NCBI GenBank assembly: GCA_963820435.1
Contig: CAWGAC010000020.1
Location: 23,523-87,522, forward strand
DNA from: an uncultured Spirochaetota bacterium
GTDB lineage: Bacteria > Spirochaetota > Spirochaetia > SZUA-6 > Fen-1364
Direction: 5' to 3'
Length of the DNA stretch: 64,000 nt
Shown here: piece by piece, positions 28,769 to 39,543 of the stretch
Layout: each line of letters starts with the position of its first letter
Numbering within the stretch: the first letter of the stretch is position 1
Position numbers and translations under genes: made by a program
Notes under the pieces: generated by a model
Database searches by the model: none
Told to the model about the DNA's origin: nothing
Seen by the model: the letters and a program-made list of their open reading frames with translations, nothing else

Positions 28769-28841
28769 TGAGCCGCCCCGGACTCGAACCGGGGACCCAC
28801 AGCTTAAAAGGCTGATGCTCTGCCAACTGAGCTAGCGGCCC
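28769..28841 (-). tRNA. tRNA-Lys (anticodon UUU)
   Basis: Reverse complement is GGGCCGCTAGCTCAGTTGGCAGAGCATCAGCCTTTTAAGCTGTGGGTCCCCGGTTCGAGTCCGGGGCGGCTCA. D-arm GCTCAGTTGGCAGAGC, anticodon loop CUUUUAA, T-loop GGTTCGAGTCC, 7-bp acceptor stem. No encoded CCA. Confidence 0.9.
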
Positions 28842-28922
28842 GTTTCACGCGCGAGTACAATAACTGGTCGGTTTTTTTTTGTCAATTCGAAGCGGCGTGC
28901 GGGGCCGGTGCTTCAGTACCTG

Positions 28923-30105
28923 CTACCAGCGTATGGCAACATCCAGTGTCGCGCCTGCCCGTGGTCTGTCCCCGAGGTGCGCGCCAAGCTCCTGAGTAAA
29001 GAGGGCGAAATTCAAATCCAGGACGAGCAGCTTCACACCGGCCCCGAATGTCAGATAGCCCTGGTTGAGCCCGGTGCGCAGAGCAAACATGTTGAGCAGC
29101 TTGAGCTCCGCGCCGCCGTGAAGATCATACCAGATCGAGTGGCTGCCCCCCAGGACCCCGCCGAGGTCTTGCAGGTCGACGCTGAGTGAAGGGTCGACCC
29201 AATACTTGAGCGTCCCCAGGTCGGGATGCACGGCAACCCCGATCCCGACATTCATGGGAATCACATACTGGTCCGCCGTCACCGATGTGCCGCCTGGGAA
29301 CCTCAGCGAAGAGCCGAATGTGCTGGAAAAGGTCCCGAAGGTGTTCTCATTGTACTTTGAACTGCGTGCCGCCCAGATCACGCACGGAAAGCCCGAACGT
29401 GAACCAGCCAAGCTCCGCAATAGCGCCCAGATCAATTCCGATCCCCACTCCGTAGAGCGCATCCGCGCTGTTGAGCGGTGAAAGAAGGTCCTGACCATCG
29501 GCAATGGCAGTCAGCATCCCGAGGGCGACGCTGTTCGAGATGGGTGCGTGGACCCTGATCATGGGGCGGATATCTCCCCCCACATGGAGCTTGAACCCCA
29601 GGACGTCGAAGGGAACCGACAGGCCGCCGATGAAGCCGATGGTGGCGGTCAGGTCACCGCTCGCTCCCAGAAGGGTGGATCCGTACAGTGTGGAATCCTC
29701 GATGATCATCATACCAAGACCCAGCCCGTTTCCCACATAGCCAATACCGGCAGACATTCCTATCCCGAACCCTCCTGAGGTGACCTGGTTGTTCAGGAAG
29801 CTCAAGGTAGAAGATGAAGAGCCGGTTCCTGCCATGAACTTCTGGCCCAACCCGATCAGCTCATCCGGACGTGAGTACGCCCACGTGGTGGCTGAGAGAA
29901 GGGTGAAGGAACCTCCGCTGCGGGAGAAACCTGCCGGATTGTAGAAGAAGGAATCATAGCCGTGCGCGTCCGCGATGAACGACCCTCCCCTTCCCATCAC
30001 CTGGGGACTCATGGGAAGGAAAGGAATTTCCGCGATGGTATCCGCGAAAGCAAGGCCGCCGCACAGAAGGGTGATCAGCGCACCGATGAAAAGTATTTTC
30101 CTCAT
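28923..30105 (-). CDS. putative outer-membrane beta-barrel protein, frameshifted near 29350-29500
   Basis: Signal peptide MRKILFIGALITLLCGGLAFA (ORF 29347..30105). The C-terminal part (ORF 28923..29504) has alternating hydrophobic strands and ends in an aromatic residue (...LDVAIRW). Confidence 0.5.
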
Positions 30106-30115
30106 AGGTGCTTCA

Positions 30116-30888
30116 TCACTTGGGATGGGGCGCGCCGGCCGCGTCGAAGATATTCGTCAGCGGCGGATTGAGCGGGTTGAAGGGGTCCGCCACGCTGACG
30201 CCCGAGATCTGGTTGGTCGGATCATTGTTGACGAGAAGATACATCTCGTGGATGGCATCCGCCGTTGTCGGTACCACCGAAGGGGTGATTGCGTTCACCA
30301 CCGCCTGCATGAGATACGCGACGGCCGCCTTCTGGGCAACATCTCCCATCGTCATACCAGGTGGAACACTGTAGGGAGGAGTTTCCGACCCCAGCGCCTG
30401 GTAAGCCTTGTTCGCCTGAAGTAATCCAACCATCATCGCCGTAAAGCCCGTCTCATTCCCCGCGACATCAGCGGGGATGATGGAGGAAATGAGGGAGGAG
30501 ATGTTGCCCGTCTGGGTTGACGTCATGACCGCGGCCACGATGTTGTTCACGAGCTCGTCCCCGGACGTGGTCTTGAGATAGAGGTCGCCGTAGAGCATCG
30601 CGGCAGACTCCTTGTCCGGAGTGTCCAGGGGCCCCGTCGTGACCTGGTAGGTCGTTTCAAGGTAAGACTCGAGCGCCCGCGTGGTTGTCGGATCCGCCTT
30701 GAGTTGGGCCACGACCGCGGGTGAGCCAAGGTCGCTCGCCAGCTTGGCGAGCCCGCCGCTTCCCCCTGATAGTCGCTCAGCTTCGGCGCGGAAGGTTCAT
30801 CGAGCGACTTAAATGCATTGAAGCCAAAGAACGCCGAGCATCCCGCCAGAAGAAAGAGCGGGATCACCAGGAGCGCCGTGGCTTTCAT
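30116..30888 (-). CDS. hypothetical lipoprotein, frameshifted near 30715
   Basis: MKATALLVIPLFLLAGCS lipobox in ORF 30547..30924. The body lies in ORF 30116..30712. Confidence 0.5.
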
Positions 30889-30991
30889 TCTCGACAACCG
30901 ATACCTCCGTCTCAGGGTATGCACACGCGGGACTTTCTTGGAGTGCTCTCATCAAATTATAGCGCAGAAAGAACCTGAAAACCATCGAATG

Positions 30992-32360
30992 TCAATCGAA
31001 CCCGAGGAAGCGGCCGCTGCATTTCCCTGATTCCGATGTAATCCGTGCCCTCGCAATCCTGCCCTCGGCCGCATCAGCGGCAGGGACGCCGCCCACATCT
31101 ACTTTTAAATAGTTCCCTGAGACGCCCCACGCTCTTGTGCCCTCGCCGCCCTCCAGAAGCACCTCCACGTCCCTGCCGACCCACGAACGCGCGTAGGACG
31201 ACGAAGACAGGCGGCCCATCGCACGAAGCACACGTGCTCGCTGATGTCTCGTGCGCTCCGGCACCGCCGGCCTCAGGCCGGACGCGGCCGTGCCTGGCCT
31301 TGGTGAAAAAGGAAAAACGTGCAGGGCTGCGAACGACAGCTCTTCTGCCAGGCCCCGTGTCTCCGCGAACTCGGCGTCAGTCTCGCCCGGGAAACCTGTG
31401 ATGATGTCCGCGGCGATGTATGGATCCTCTTTCGTGTCACGGAGAAGGGCCACCGCCTCACGAATTCTGCCCGGTCAAAGAGCGCCGCCTCATCCTGCCC
31501 AGAACGCTGTCCGAACCGGACTGTGCGGGAATGTGGAAATGGGGGCAGATCCGCTTATGGGCAATCACTTCTCCCAGAGCCTCGGTGATGCATTCCGGCT
31601 CCAAAGAGGAGAGCCGGAAACGGATGCGCTGGGTTGCTTCCAGGAGCACCTGCAGCAGCCGGTGCAGCACGATGCCTTCCGAGCTGTAGGATGCGATATT
31701 GACACCCGTGATGACGACCTCACGGTACCCCAGCTCCTCGAGCTCCACGCCCCTTCGCACCGCTTCCGCGGGGTTGAGGCTTACCGAGGGACCTCGCGCC
31801 AACGGCACGCGGCAATAGGAGCATCGTGAATCGCAGCCGTCCTGCACTTTGAGATAGGCCCGGGTGCGAAAGTTGTGCGCGCTCGCGGTGAGACAGAAAA
31901 TGTCACGGGGTACCGTGACCGGTGAAAAAATGTCACGGGGTACCGTGACGCCCTCACGATCCGCAGTAACTGCGGGACGGCCGAGAATCATCGGCAAATC
32001 GAGGAGGCTCGCCTTTTGCGATTGCGGTATCACGAGGACATTTTCCCCGAGTGATGACAGGGCGCCCGCATCCAGCTCTGCCGAGCAGCCTGTCACAATA
32101 AGCAGGGCGTGTGGCCGGCTGCGCGCAAGGCTGCGGATGAGGGCGCGGGCCTTGTGGTCCGCTCGGCAGGTGACGGTACAGGTGTTGACCACGTAGGCGT
32201 CAGCTTCCTGTTCGAACGGGACGACCGAGAGGCCCTGGTTCTTGAATGAGGAGGCAAGCGCTTCGGTTTCGAACTGGTTCAGCTTGCACCCGAAGGTATG
32301 AAACCCGACCCTGCAACGCCGCGGCCACGGTACCGTCAGCGGTACTCCGTGGCGGCCCAA
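30992..32360 (-). CDS. mtaB: radical-SAM methylthiotransferase (MtaB/MiaB family), frameshifted near 31455, carrying an in-frame ~30-bp tandem duplication
   Basis: N-terminal MTTase domain FHTFGCKLNQFETEA. Radical SAM core CDSRCSYCRVP. C-terminal TRAM region in ORF 30992..31453. Duplicated peptide VTVPRDIF appears twice (31896..31950). Confidence 0.75.
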
Positions 32361-32426
32361 ATGCCATGGAGTACCGTGGCTGCATTCGGGCGATCATCCC
32401 ACGACATGTAGCGCGGCCGGTGACAC

Positions 32427-33641
32427 TCAACCGCCTCTGAGCTTCTTGTCCACGTTGTCCTTGCCCCGCTGAGCATCGCCGAGGCCGGGGTCCAGCTTGA
32501 GCGCGCGCGCATATGCATCGGAGGCCCATTTCAGGTCGTTTGCCAGCTCTCGTGCATACCCGAGCCGGGCCCACCACAATGCGTTGTTCTGCTCGTAATA
32601 GACGGCGGTCGAGATGGCGATGTCGGCGTTCTGGTACTCCTTCAGGCGGATGTAACATTCCCCCATGAGCCAGTACACGCGCGCGATCCGGTCTCCGTTG
32701 GGGCGATCCAGCACGTATTTCTTCAAATTCTTGAGCGCATCATCGATCTTGCCCAGAAAAACGTCGGCTTCCCCGATGATCTGCTCGACACGGGGATCGT
32801 TGGGGTTGATGACGGCGGCTTTGCGCGCGATGTCCAGCGCATCCTGGTACTGCTGGAGCCTGAGGTAGCTCCACCCCATCACCACGTGAGAATCGATATT
32901 GTTCGGTGATACGGCCAGCTCCTGCTGGCACACCTTGACCGCGTCTGCGAATCTGTTCGCGCGATACAGCTCCAGGGCGTCGGGCTTGTCCTGGGAGAAC
33001 AGGGGAGCTGTCGCCAGAATCGCCATAAGGAGCGCGACGACGGCGAGGCGAGGTTTCATTTCTGGGGCCCCCCCTGGCCGGAAGGCGAACCGGGGGGCTT
33101 CTGTTGAGGGGCGTGCTGGTTCCCCGGCTGCGGCAAGGGAAGGGTCTGCTGGCTTCCCCCCTGCCCTGCCGCCGCTCCCCCTTGTTGATTGCCTTGTTTC
33201 TGCGGGTGTTGCTGCTGTTGAGGCTGCTGCCCGGGCAGGGGCGCCTGCCTGGTGCGCCGCGGCGGGCTGCGGCTGCGGCGCATCTCTCCTCACCCCGCCC
33301 ATGTTGCAATAGCCGTTGAATTTGCATCCGCTTTCGACAACGAAGTCAGGCGTGGTTATGTCTCCCTCCACCTGCGCCGTGGAGAACAACTCCACGCGGG
33401 AGTGTCCGACGATGTCCCCCCTGTGCTTGCCCCGCGAGGATACGATATCGGCCTCGGTCTTGGCTTCCACGTACGCCTTCTCGCCGATGTACAGGGAGCT
33501 CGTCGACTTGATCTCGCCTTTGAACTTTCCCTTGATCATGAGGGGCTTTTTGAACGTGAGGTGCCCCTCGAAATCGATGTCTTCCGCGAGGATGGTATCA
33601 ATCTCGTGCTCGTCCATATCTTTGATGTGTACTTCAGCCAT
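32427..33641 (-). CDS. single 404-aa ORF containing an N-terminal bactofilin domain, a Pro/Ala-rich linker, an internal signal-peptide-like segment and C-terminal TPR repeats
   Basis: Bactofilin beta-helix repeats (IGEKAYVEAKTEADIVSSRGKHRGDIVGHSRVELFSTAQVEGDITTP). Internal MKPRLAVVALLMAILATAPLFSQ near 33059. TPR/Sel1-like helices thereafter. Confidence 0.55.
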   Translation of the reverse strand: MAEVHIKDMDEHEIDTILAEDIDFEGHLTFKKPLMIKGKFKGEIKSTSSLYIGEKAYVEAKTEADIVSSRGKHRGDIVGHSRVELFSTAQVEGDITTPDFVVESGCKFNGYCNMGGVRRDAPQPQPAAAHQAGAPARAAASTAATPAETRQSTRGSGGRAGGKPADPSLAAAGEPARPSTEAPRFAFRPGGAPEMKPRLAVVALLMAILATAPLFSQDKPDALELYRANRFADAVKVCQQELAVSPNNIDSHVVMGWSYLRLQQYQDALDIARKAAVINPNDPRVEQIIGEADVFLGKIDDALKNLKKYVLDRPNGDRIARVYWLMGECYIRLKEYQNADIAISTAVYYEQNNALWWARLGYARELANDLKWASDAYARALKLDPGLGDAQRGKDNVDKKLRGG

Positions 33642-33750
33642 AGGCCTCTCCGTGGTGTGAGCTGGTCGTGCTACGGGCGGGCTTTCGGCGTCCCTGCCTC
33701 GCCCGCCCCTTCGGCGTCCCTGCCTACGTTACCTACGCCTGCCCGGCATG

Positions 33751-34497
33751 TCAACCATCGATCGCCAGCATGATCGAGCGGAGAGATTTCTCCAGCCGGG
33801 CGCGCATTTCGCGGGTATGCGGATTGTATCGCTGAAGGTCGAGAAAGAGCTGCCAGGGGTCGTTGCATGTCTGCTCGACTATTTCCAGAAGCTTGTTGTA
33901 GCCCACTGTGGCGATGGGGGATTGGCGCACTCCCAGATCAGAGAGCACCCTTCCAATGTAATGCGCGATTCCCTGGGTAAAGGCCGCTTCCCGGTCGTGC
34001 TCATCTGACGACATGACGGACACTGCCAACCCCATGGAGGCGAAAAACTCGCGCCATTTCTCGAGCTCGCGCCCGGCGACGCGCGCGGGACACAAGATCA
34101 TCGGGAGCCCCGCCACACTTTCACGGGCTGAATCCGGGCCGAACATCGGATGGGTGCCCAGGATCGAGGCAGTGGCGGGCAGCATGCGTTCCATGAGACC
34201 CAACGGATGAGTCTTCACCGAGCAGGTATCCATCACGAGCGCCCCCGGGGAAAGCCGACCGCGCGTGCGTCCCAGGACGTCTTCCATGGCGGAAATCGCG
34301 ACGCAGAGGAATATCACCGGTTGAGAAAGAAGCTCCGCCTCCCCCACCCTCCGTGTACCGGGCGGAGTGGCCCTTTCAGGAGATCGGGAGTAGACACAGA
34401 CGGGAACCGAGCGCGCGAGCAGCTCCGCCCAGAAATAGCCGAACCTTCCCAGGCCGTAAACGCCGATTGTCATGAGCGCGATTATTGCAGTTTTCAT
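33751..34497 (-). CDS. tyrA: prephenate/arogenate dehydrogenase
   Basis: N-terminal Rossmann motif [14 protein letters not shown] and a PDH catalytic domain. 248 aa, intact. Confidence 0.8.
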   Translation of the reverse strand: MKTAIIALMTIGVYGLGRFGYFWAELLARSVPVCVYSRSPERATPPGTRRVGEAELLSQPVIFLCVAISAMEDVLGRTRGRLSPGALVMDTCSVKTHPLGLMERMLPATASILGTHPMFGPDSARESVAGLPMILCPARVAGRELEKWREFFASMGLAVSVMSSDEHDREAAFTQGIAHYIGRVLSDLGVRQSPIATVGYNKLLEIVEQTCNDPWQLFLDLQRYNPHTREMRARLEKSLRSIMLAIDG

Positions 34498-34557
34498 GGA
34501 AAAAGCTATACTTGCTCTCCCGGGGGATTTCTCGCATTCCCGGAAAGGAGCCGTCAG

Positions 34558-35563
34558 ATGAACTTCATAGAAGAGATGCGCGCAAAGGCAAAATCCGATC
34601 CGAGGAAACTTGTGCTGCCCGAGGGATACGAGGGGCGTACGCTGAAGGCGGGCCGGATCATTCTCGACGAGGGCCTTGCAAGCGAGGTAACCCTCCTGGG
34701 ATCAGTCCCCCAGATCGAAGCTGAGGCGAAGAAACAGGGTGTCAGCCTCAAGGGTCTTCACGTGGAGGAGCCCGCGGCTTCGCCGCTTCGCAAAGAGTAC
34801 GTGGACGACTATTTTGAGCTGCGCAAAGGCAAAGGGATCAGCCACGAGGAGGCGGAGAAGGTCTTCATGGGAGACACCCAGCATTGGGGAGCCATGATGA
34901 TGCGCAGGGGACGTGCGGATGCGATGGTCTCGGGAGCGGACAGTGAAACCGCCAAGGTGCTGCGCGCGGCCCTCACCATCGTCAAGACGGCTCCGGGAAT
35001 CAAGACGGCGTCCTCCTGCTTTGTCATGTACCTTGCGGGCACGAAGTGGGGCGTTGATGGTCACATGATTTTCGCGGATTGCGCGGTAGTTCCTGATCCG
35101 ACTCCTGAACAGCTCGCCGACATCGCACTTTCCTCGGCGGAGTCCTGCCGCGTGTTCCTCAAGGCGGAGCCCCTGGTCGCGATGCTTTCCTTCTCAACCA
35201 AAGGCAGCGCCAGCTCATCCGCTCGTGGACAAGGTGGCGAGCGCAGTGAAAATGCTGCATGAGAAAAACCCGAAGCTCCTTGTCGACGGGGAGATGCAGG
35301 CGGACGCGGCGCTCGTTGCCAGCGTCGCCGCGAAGAAGGCTCCCGGCTCGCCTGTCGCGGGCAAGGCAAACACGCTGATATTTCCCGACCTGCAGTCCGG
35401 GAACATCGGGTACAAGCTCGTGCAGCGGTTCGCACACGCCGAGGCATACGGGCCTTTCCTGCAGGGCTTTGCCAAGCCCGTGAGCGATCTTTCCCGCGGG
35501 TGCTCCGTGGAGGATGTCGTGAACACCTCCGTGGTCACCCTGGTGCAGTCGCAGAAGAAATAA
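34558..35563 (+). CDS. pta: phosphate acetyl/butyryl-transferase, frameshifted near 35230
   Basis: ATG at 34558 with a GGAAAGGAG RBS. PTA_PTB fold (ORF 34150..35262 tail; C-terminal part in ORF 35225..35563 ending ...VTLVQSQKK). Confidence 0.75.
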
Positions 35564-35564
35564 C

Positions 35565-36324
35565 ATGAGAATCGCCATCGTCGGATACGGAAGCATGGGC
35601 CGCGAGGTGGAGAAAGTCCTTCTTGAGCGGAAGCACGAGGTGACGGCGCGGGTGGATCCGGCCCAGGCGGCGGCGGACGGAACACACCTGACAGAGGAGA
35701 TCGCCCGGCGAAGCGACATGGCAATCGAGTTCTCGCACGCGGATGCAGTGCTGGAGAACGCGCGGGCCTATCGCACGGTTCGGGCTCAGCGCGGTCAGCG
35801 GGACAACGGGCTGGTATGCGAAGCTGGAGGAGCTTCGCGCCATCATCGGCGCATCGAAGATCGGCTACCTGTACGGCAGCAATTTCTCCATCGGCGCGCA
35901 CCTTTTCTTCGCGCTGGTGGCGGCTGCAACCGAGCTTGCAAACCCCTGCCCCGAGTACGACATCATGGGCTGGGAGGTGCACCACAAGCGCAAGAAGGAC
36001 TCGCCGTCGGGCACCGCCCTGACCATCGCCCGGATCATCACGGGCCAGAGCGAGCGGAAGAAAAAGGTGGTGACGGAGAAGCTCGACCGGGCTCCGGCGG
36101 CGGATGAGCTTCACTTCGCCTCAGTCCGCGGCGGGGAAATCCCCGGCACGCACACCGTGCTCCTGGATTCCGCCTTCGACACGATCGAGCTCACCCATCG
36201 CGCCCGGACCAGGGGCGGGTTCGCCCTCGGCGCGGTGCGCGCGGCAGAATGGCTGTCGGGGAAGCACGGCGTTTTCGAGGTGAATGATTTCATCCAGAGC
36301 CTGCTGCAGAGGAGACAATCATGA
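35565..36324 (+). CDS. dapB: 4-hydroxy-tetrahydrodipicolinate reductase, frameshifted near 35770
   Basis: MRIAIVGYGSMGREV Rossmann N-terminus (ORF 35565..). The C-terminal DapB domain with HHKRKKDSPSGTA lies in ORF 35743..36324. Confidence 0.8.
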
Positions 36325-37199
36325 AACTCGACGGGTTATACACGGCTCTCGTCACGCCGATGACCGCGGACGGAAAGGTGGACGAGAAGGCTCTTCGGAG
36401 GCTCGTGGATTTCCAGGTGGAAGGCGGCGTCCACGGCCTGGTGCCCGTGGGCACGACAGGAGAGAGCCCGACCCTGGACGGAGCGGAGTGCAAGCGGGTC
36501 ATCCAGATCGTGGTCGAACAGGCGAGGGGACGCGTTCCCGTCATTGCAGGGGCGGGGTCGAATTCCACGAGCGAGGCCATCGAGTATGCCCGGGACGCAA
36601 AAGAGGTCGGGGCGGCCGCGACCCTGCAGGTGGCCCCTTACTACAACAAGCCGACAAATGCGGGCTTCCTCGCGCATTTCCGCGCCATCGCGGACGCGGT
36701 GGACCTTCCGCTGGTCGTGTACAACATTGCGGGCCGCACCGGCAAGAATATCGACAACCCCACGATGCTGGAGCTGGCGAAGCACAGGAACATCACGGCG
36801 GTAAAGGAGGCAAGCGGCGACATCGGACAGGTGATGGACCTGATCGCCCATAAGCCTGCAGGATTTACCGTGCTTTCAGGGGACGACAACCTCGTGTTCC
36901 CCATCATGGCGCTGGGCGGCCGGGGGGTGATATCCGTCGTCAGCAACCTCGTGCCGGACCGCATGGCGAAATTCGTCAACGCGGCGCTCCAGGGCGACTG
37001 GGACGGTGCGAGGAAAATGCACTACGAGCTCCTCCCGCTCTTCAAGGCCATGTTCATTGAAACCAATCCGATCCCGATAAAGGCGGCGATGGCAATGAAG
37101 GGGATGATGGCGGAGATCTACCGGCTTCCGATGTGTCCCCTGGCGCCGAAAAACAGAGAGTCTCTCCAGGCAACGCTCAAGGAGCTGAAAGTCCTGTAA
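36321..37199 (+). CDS. dapA: 4-hydroxy-tetrahydrodipicolinate synthase
   Basis: 292 aa, intact. GTTGESPTL motif and a DapA-family TIM barrel. Confidence 0.9.
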   Translation: MKLDGLYTALVTPMTADGKVDEKALRRLVDFQVEGGVHGLVPVGTTGESPTLDGAECKRVIQIVVEQARGRVPVIAGAGSNSTSEAIEYARDAKEVGAAATLQVAPYYNKPTNAGFLAHFRAIADAVDLPLVVYNIAGRTGKNIDNPTMLELAKHRNITAVKEASGDIGQVMDLIAHKPAGFTVLSGDDNLVFPIMALGGRGVISVVSNLVPDRMAKFVNAALQGDWDGARKMHYELLPLFKAMFIETNPIPIKAAMAMKGMMAEIYRLPMCPLAPKNRESLQATLKELKVL

Positions 37200-38043
37200 G
37201 CGCTCGGGCCAGACTGAGGAAGATCTCGGGAGAGAGCTGCTCGGCCCTCTTGCCGAGGTCGATCCCCTCCCCTTCCAGCGCCGCCTTCACCGCCACCGCG
37301 GATACATCAGGTCCCAGCCTTCCCGAGCCCAGGTTGTTGCGGATGGTTTTCCTTCGCGAGGAGAACAGGCCCCGACAGAGCGCAGAGAGCACCCGCAGGG
37401 TGCGGCTGTCCGGAGCATCATTCCTCGGCCTCATTTCCACAATTGAAGAGACCACCTCAGGCACCGGATAGAAGCTGCCCGGGCTGCAGGTCACCCCGGC
37501 TGATCACATGGAAGCAGGACTGGCACAGAACAGAAAAAGATGAGTAGCTCTTGGTTCCCGGGCCGGATGCCATGCGCTCGGCGAGCTCGCGCTGCACAGT
37601 CACCACACAGACCCGCGGCCGCAGGCCTCCCTCGATGAGGTCCCCTATCATGAGCGAGGCTGTGCGGTAGGGCAGATTGCCCAGCAGGCGGTCAGGCGGC
37701 CCGTAGTCCGAGACCGCGTTCCTCCAGCTCTCCAGGAAATCCCCCGGCACCAGCTTGAACGATGGCGTGCCGCCGAAAGTCTCCAGGAGGAATCGGCACA
37801 AGCCGCGGTCCACCTCGAACGCCAGAACACGGACGGCCCGCCCCAGAAGCAGGCCCGTCATGGAGCCGAGTCCCGGGCCGATTTCCCAGACTGTCTCGTT
37901 TTCCTGGAGCTCCAGCAAAGATACGAGGCGCTGCCGCGCACCCCTGTTGACGAGAAAATTCTGACCCCAACGCTTTTTCAGCGCGAGTCCCCGCTCTTCC
38001 AGCACCGCACGGATCTCCGCGGGGGAATCGGGATTCACGCGAG
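37177..38043 (-). CDS. rsmA: 16S rRNA (adenine1518/1519-N6)-dimethyltransferase, frameshifted near 37480
   Basis: KKRWGQNFL and EIGPGLGSMT SAM-binding motifs (ORF 37457..38947, C-terminal part). The tail lies in ORF 37177..37494. The start is uncertain. Confidence 0.75.
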
Positions 38044-39512
38044 GATCACCGGCGCGGCCCGCCGTCTTGCAGGCAGGAATCCGCCCAGGAATGCCATCAC
38101 CACGATGGATGCTCCCAGGACCCAGGGCACAAGCGCGGGCGTGACCGTGATGCCCGGCAGGCGCGCCAACGCTTCTGCGCTCCATTCGATGGCACTGTAC
38201 AGAATCGAAAAGATGCGCGCGCATATGTCGTGCAGGAGCTGCCACGGAACGAGGTACAGCGGCAGCCACGCGAGCCCCGCCCAGAGAAAAGCAGTTGTCA
38301 AGGGCACCAGGATCAGGCTCGCGACCAGGCCCGAAGGATAGTAGCTGCCGAATGTCGCTGCCACGAGAGGCAGGGTGGCGATCTGCGCGCCAACCGACAT
38401 GGCCAGCATTGCGAGCACGAATCGTGGGAGCCTGCCCTCGAGAGGCCGCCGCACGATGGGGCCCAATGCCAGGATGCCGGCCAGGGCGAGAAATGAGAGC
38501 TGGAATGAAAGGGAGAACGCCTGGAAGGGATCGATACACACAATCGCAATCCCGGAAATGGAGAGAAGGTTGAGCGGCTCCGCGTCGCGGTCCAGAAGGA
38601 GCGCTCCCCCACCCACCAGGATCATCACCGTGGCGCGCAGGAGCGAGGGAAAGAAGCCTGCAAGAAACTGGTAGAACAAAAGCACGAGGGTTGCCAGAAG
38701 GAATTTCAGGCCGGGCCTCCGGATGAATCCCAGGACGCCGGCGATGAGGCCGTAGATCACGGTCACGTGGAGTCCGGAGAGCGCCAGGATGTGCAGGCTT
38801 CCCGTGCGCCGAAATCCCTCGTAAAGCCGCTGCGGCACGTCTTCCCTGCTTCCGATCAGGAGCGCCTGGAGGAGGGCGGAAGCCGGATAGCCGGCTCGAT
38901 CCAGGGCCCGATTCAGCTCCGTCCGCAGGCGAGCCCTGATTTGCCATATTCTCGAGGAAAACCCGGCCTCTCGAACATCCTTTCTGGCCGCGCGCGCCGC
39001 AAAAGCCTCGGGACCCGTCCCCTGGAATGGGGAGAGCCGTGCATGAAACGAGAGCTCCTGGCCCAGGAAAAACCTGTAGTCGCCGGCAAGAATGACGAGC
39101 ACGTTTCCGTGCGCAGCACCTCGAAGCCCCTTCTGGACGGAGGACGCCTGTCGGACTGCGACGCGCAGCACTGTCTCGCCCTTTTGGGAAAGACTGCTGT
39201 CCTGTGACAGGGAACCGCTGAAATCAGATACCTCGCCGGCGGGAACAGGGAAAAATGAAGAGTCGCTCGTGCCCGACATCCGCCTGAGGGAAACCGCGCC
39301 CATAAGAAGACCTGCAGCGATGAAAAGCGCGAAGAGCCCGCGCGCCGGAGTCGGGAGGCTTCGGTCCGCATGAGCACGCTTCCCGCGGCCGCCGCCACTG
39401 TGCACGGGGCAAGCAGCGCCCCCCACCTCGAAGACAGTATGGGGCGCGAGAGACAGCAGGCCAGGAGAACAGAGAACAGGACGAGCGCAGGGGTGAGGTG
39501 CCTGCGAATCAT
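38035..39512 (-). CDS. ComEC/Rec2-family membrane protein (DUF4131 + competence domain; no metallo-beta-lactamase domain), frameshifted near 39330
   Basis: Multi-TM competence domain (HILALSGLHV...). The N-terminus MIRRHLTPALVLFSVLLACCLS lies in another frame. Confidence 0.65.
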
Positions 39513-39543
39513 GCACCAGAAGGCCGGCGATGCTCCGCCGGCT

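Noticed and set aside
33660-33725. Direct 16-bp repeat ttcggcgtccctgcct x2 between the bactofilin and tyrA genes
   Set aside because: It is a short, isolated duplication in a GC-rich intergenic spacer. I found no recognisable operator or protein-binding symmetry.
34150-34557. Long upstream extension of the pta ORF (370-aa ORF starting at 34150)
   Set aside because: It overlaps tyrA on the opposite strand with a compositionally odd Arg/Gly-rich translation. A good RBS-ATG is present at 34558, where Pta similarity begins.
37457-38947. 496-aa ORF extending rsmA ~900 bp upstream
   Set aside because: The upstream 300 codons are Arg/Pro/Gly-rich antisense to the ComEC-like gene. Methyltransferase similarity starts only near 38040.
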